Source of the DNA: Methanomicrobiales archaeon
GTDB taxonomy: Archaea; Halobacteriota; Methanomicrobia; Methanomicrobiales; JACTUA01
DNA: 43,774 nucleotides
Direction of reading: 5' to 3'
Assembly (NCBI GenBank): GCA_035517575.1
Contig: DATIYO010000073.1
Location: forward strand, 1 to 43,774
Notes under the pieces: model-generated
Seen by the model: only the letters and a program-made list of their open reading frames with translations
What the model was told of the DNA's origin: nothing
The model's database searches: none
Program-made: the position numbers and the translations under genes
Part shown: piece after piece, positions 42,538 to 43,774 of the stretch
How positions within the stretch are numbered: the stretch's first letter is position 1
How the letters are laid out: the number at the start of each line of letters is the position of its first letter

Positions 42538-43104
42538 TCAGACGGGCGCGTATCTCAGCAACACCTTCCCGTTCCTGAAGGGCCGAGCCTCGAGGAGCTC
42601 CAGGTTCGTCCGGTTCACGTCTTTGAACAGGTATTTCCCCGCGCCCAGGATAACGGGGTTCACCATGAGCTGGTACTCGTCGATGAGCCCGAGGCGGGCG
42701 AACTGCTGAACGATGGAGCCGCTCCCGAGGATCACGAAGTCCCGATCCGCCGCCCGCTTCATTTTCAGGATCTCGTCCCGCCCGATATCGCGGATGACCC
42801 GCACGTTCTTCCATATCGGGCCGTCCTTCACGGGCCCCATCGTCCTCGAGAACACGATCTTCGGGGCGGCGTTCATGACCCTCGCCACGTCCGGGAACTC
42901 CTCCCCGGCCTCCGGGGTCGGCCAGTACGACGCCATCATCTCGTAGGTCGTGCGGCCGAAGACGAGCGTGCCCGAGCCCCCCGATGCGGCGGCAGCGAAC
43001 GCCCGGTCCTCCTCGTCCCCGGGCTTGAACCAGTCGATCTCGCCGTTCGGCCCGGCGAAGAAGCCATCGAGGGAGACGTGGGTGAACGAACCGATCTTTC
43101 CCAT
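42538..43104 (-). CDS. dihydrofolate reductase family protein (RibD C-terminal domain type)
   Basis: Trimmed to ATG 43104. SLDGFFAGPNGEIDWF, LVFGRTTYEMMASYWP, FVILGSGSIVQQF, GLIDEYQLMVNPVILGAG. Confidence 0.88.
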   Translation of the reverse strand: MGKIGSFTHVSLDGFFAGPNGEIDWFKPGDEEDRAFAAAASGGSGTLVFGRTTYEMMASYWPTPEAGEEFPDVARVMNAAPKIVFSRTMGPVKDGPIWKNVRVIRDIGRDEILKMKRAADRDFVILGSGSIVQQFARLGLIDEYQLMVNPVILGAGKYLFKDVNRTNLELLEARPFRNGKVLLRYAPV

Positions 43105-43139
43105 GATTTCTCCCCTACGCACCCGGAAACTGATAAAGG

Positions 43140-43688
43140 TTACCGGCGGCCTTCCCGCCACCAGTCCGCGAACGCCGAGAGCGCCTTCGCCCGGTGCGAG
43201 ATCCGGCTCTTCTCCCCGAGGGAGAGCTCCGCGAGGGTCCTTCCCTCCACCTCGAAGATCGGGTCGTACCCGAACCCCTCCCCCCCCCGCGGCGAGCTCG
43301 TGATGACCCCGTCGATCCTGCCCCGGAAGACCCGGATCCCCTCCTCATCGGCGTAGGCGATGGCGGTCTCGAAGAAGGCGTCCCGCTCTGCCACGCCTTC
43401 GAGGAGCCTGAGGATGCCCTGGTACCCGATGGTATCGAGGACGTACGCCGCGTAGGGACCGGGGAAGCCCTTCAACGCCGCCACGGAGAAGCCGGTGTCG
43501 TCCACGATGAGGGGACGAAGCAGCTGCTCCCGGGCGAACTTCGCCTTCCCCCGGGCGATCTCGCCCACGTCGGGGCCGCGGAACTCGGGGCACTCCAGGT
43601 CCACGTGCTCGACCTCCGGGTCGCCCTGGAAATATGCCGCGATCTCCCTCGCCTTGTGGGCGTTCGAGGTGACCACCGCGAGCTTCAC
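43140..43688 (-). CDS. XTP/dITP diphosphatase (Ham1/RdgB family)
   Basis: GTG start at 43688. KLAVVTSNAHKAREI, IVDDTGFSVAALKGFPGPY, GFGYDPIF, SHRAKAL. Confidence 0.92.
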   Translation of the reverse strand: MKLAVVTSNAHKAREIAAYFQGDPEVEHVDLECPEFRGPDVGEIARGKAKFAREQLLRPLIVDDTGFSVAALKGFPGPYAAYVLDTIGYQGILRLLEGVAERDAFFETAIAYADEEGIRVFRGRIDGVITSSPRGGEGFGYDPIFEVEGRTLAELSLGEKSRISHRAKALSAFADWWREGRR

Positions 43689-43774
43689 AGGTAGCGCCCC
43701 CGGTGCTCGATCTCCCGCTCCCGGGCGAGGACCTCTTCGGAGCCGGGGAACTCCTCCCCGTACCCCCCGACGAA
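43685..43774 (-). CDS. 3' end of an unidentified gene entering from the right window edge
   Basis: Minus-strand reading ...FVGGYGEEFPGSEEVLAREREIEHRGRYL then stop. The stop overlaps the GTG start of the Ham1 gene (GTGA), which suggests real coupling. Too short to name. Confidence 0.5.
   Translation of the reverse strand, partial: FVGGYGEEFPGSEEVLAREREIEHRGRYL

Overview
Visibly GC-rich euryarchaeal chromosomal segment (third codon positions are almost all G/C). It is most consistent with a Methanomicrobiales-type methanogen; this is an inference from the thermosome, TiaS, deoxyhypusine synthase, L40e, the RPA/Rpap pair and methanogen-type DUF proteins. About 50 tightly packed protein genes lie on both strands, many translationally coupled by ATGA or TGATG overlaps. 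There is also a tandem tRNA-Gly(UCC)/tRNA-Val(CAC) pair and one predicted box C/D sRNA embedded in the 3' end of pyrF. Most very long ORFs in the six-frame track are antisense shadows typical of high-GC DNA, not genes. No CRISPR array, rRNA or clear mobile element is present. Most interesting items: (1) an Nramp-fold transporter carrying the NRMT (Mg2+-type) binding-site substitutions, in an operon with a stand-alone MgtE cytoplasmic sensor module and a small membrane protein, opposite a CorA-like gene lacking GMN. (2) A radical SAM/SPASM maturase-like gene coupled to an ABC-2 exporter with no visible precursor peptide. (3) Immediately downstream of that operon, three copies of a ~60-nt structured, CCUCC-flanked repeat showing compensatory stem changes. 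(4) A 120-aa stand-alone NrdD C-terminal (Zn-ribbon plus glycyl-radical-like) mini-protein. (5) A strongly expressed-looking 71-aa basic protein built from an internal duplication. (6) A tyrosine-recombinase-like gene with most catalytic residues replaced. (7) A CHASE4-HAMP-PAS sensor that ends after the H-box with no ATPase domain. All family assignments are from reading motifs by eye; no database search was run.
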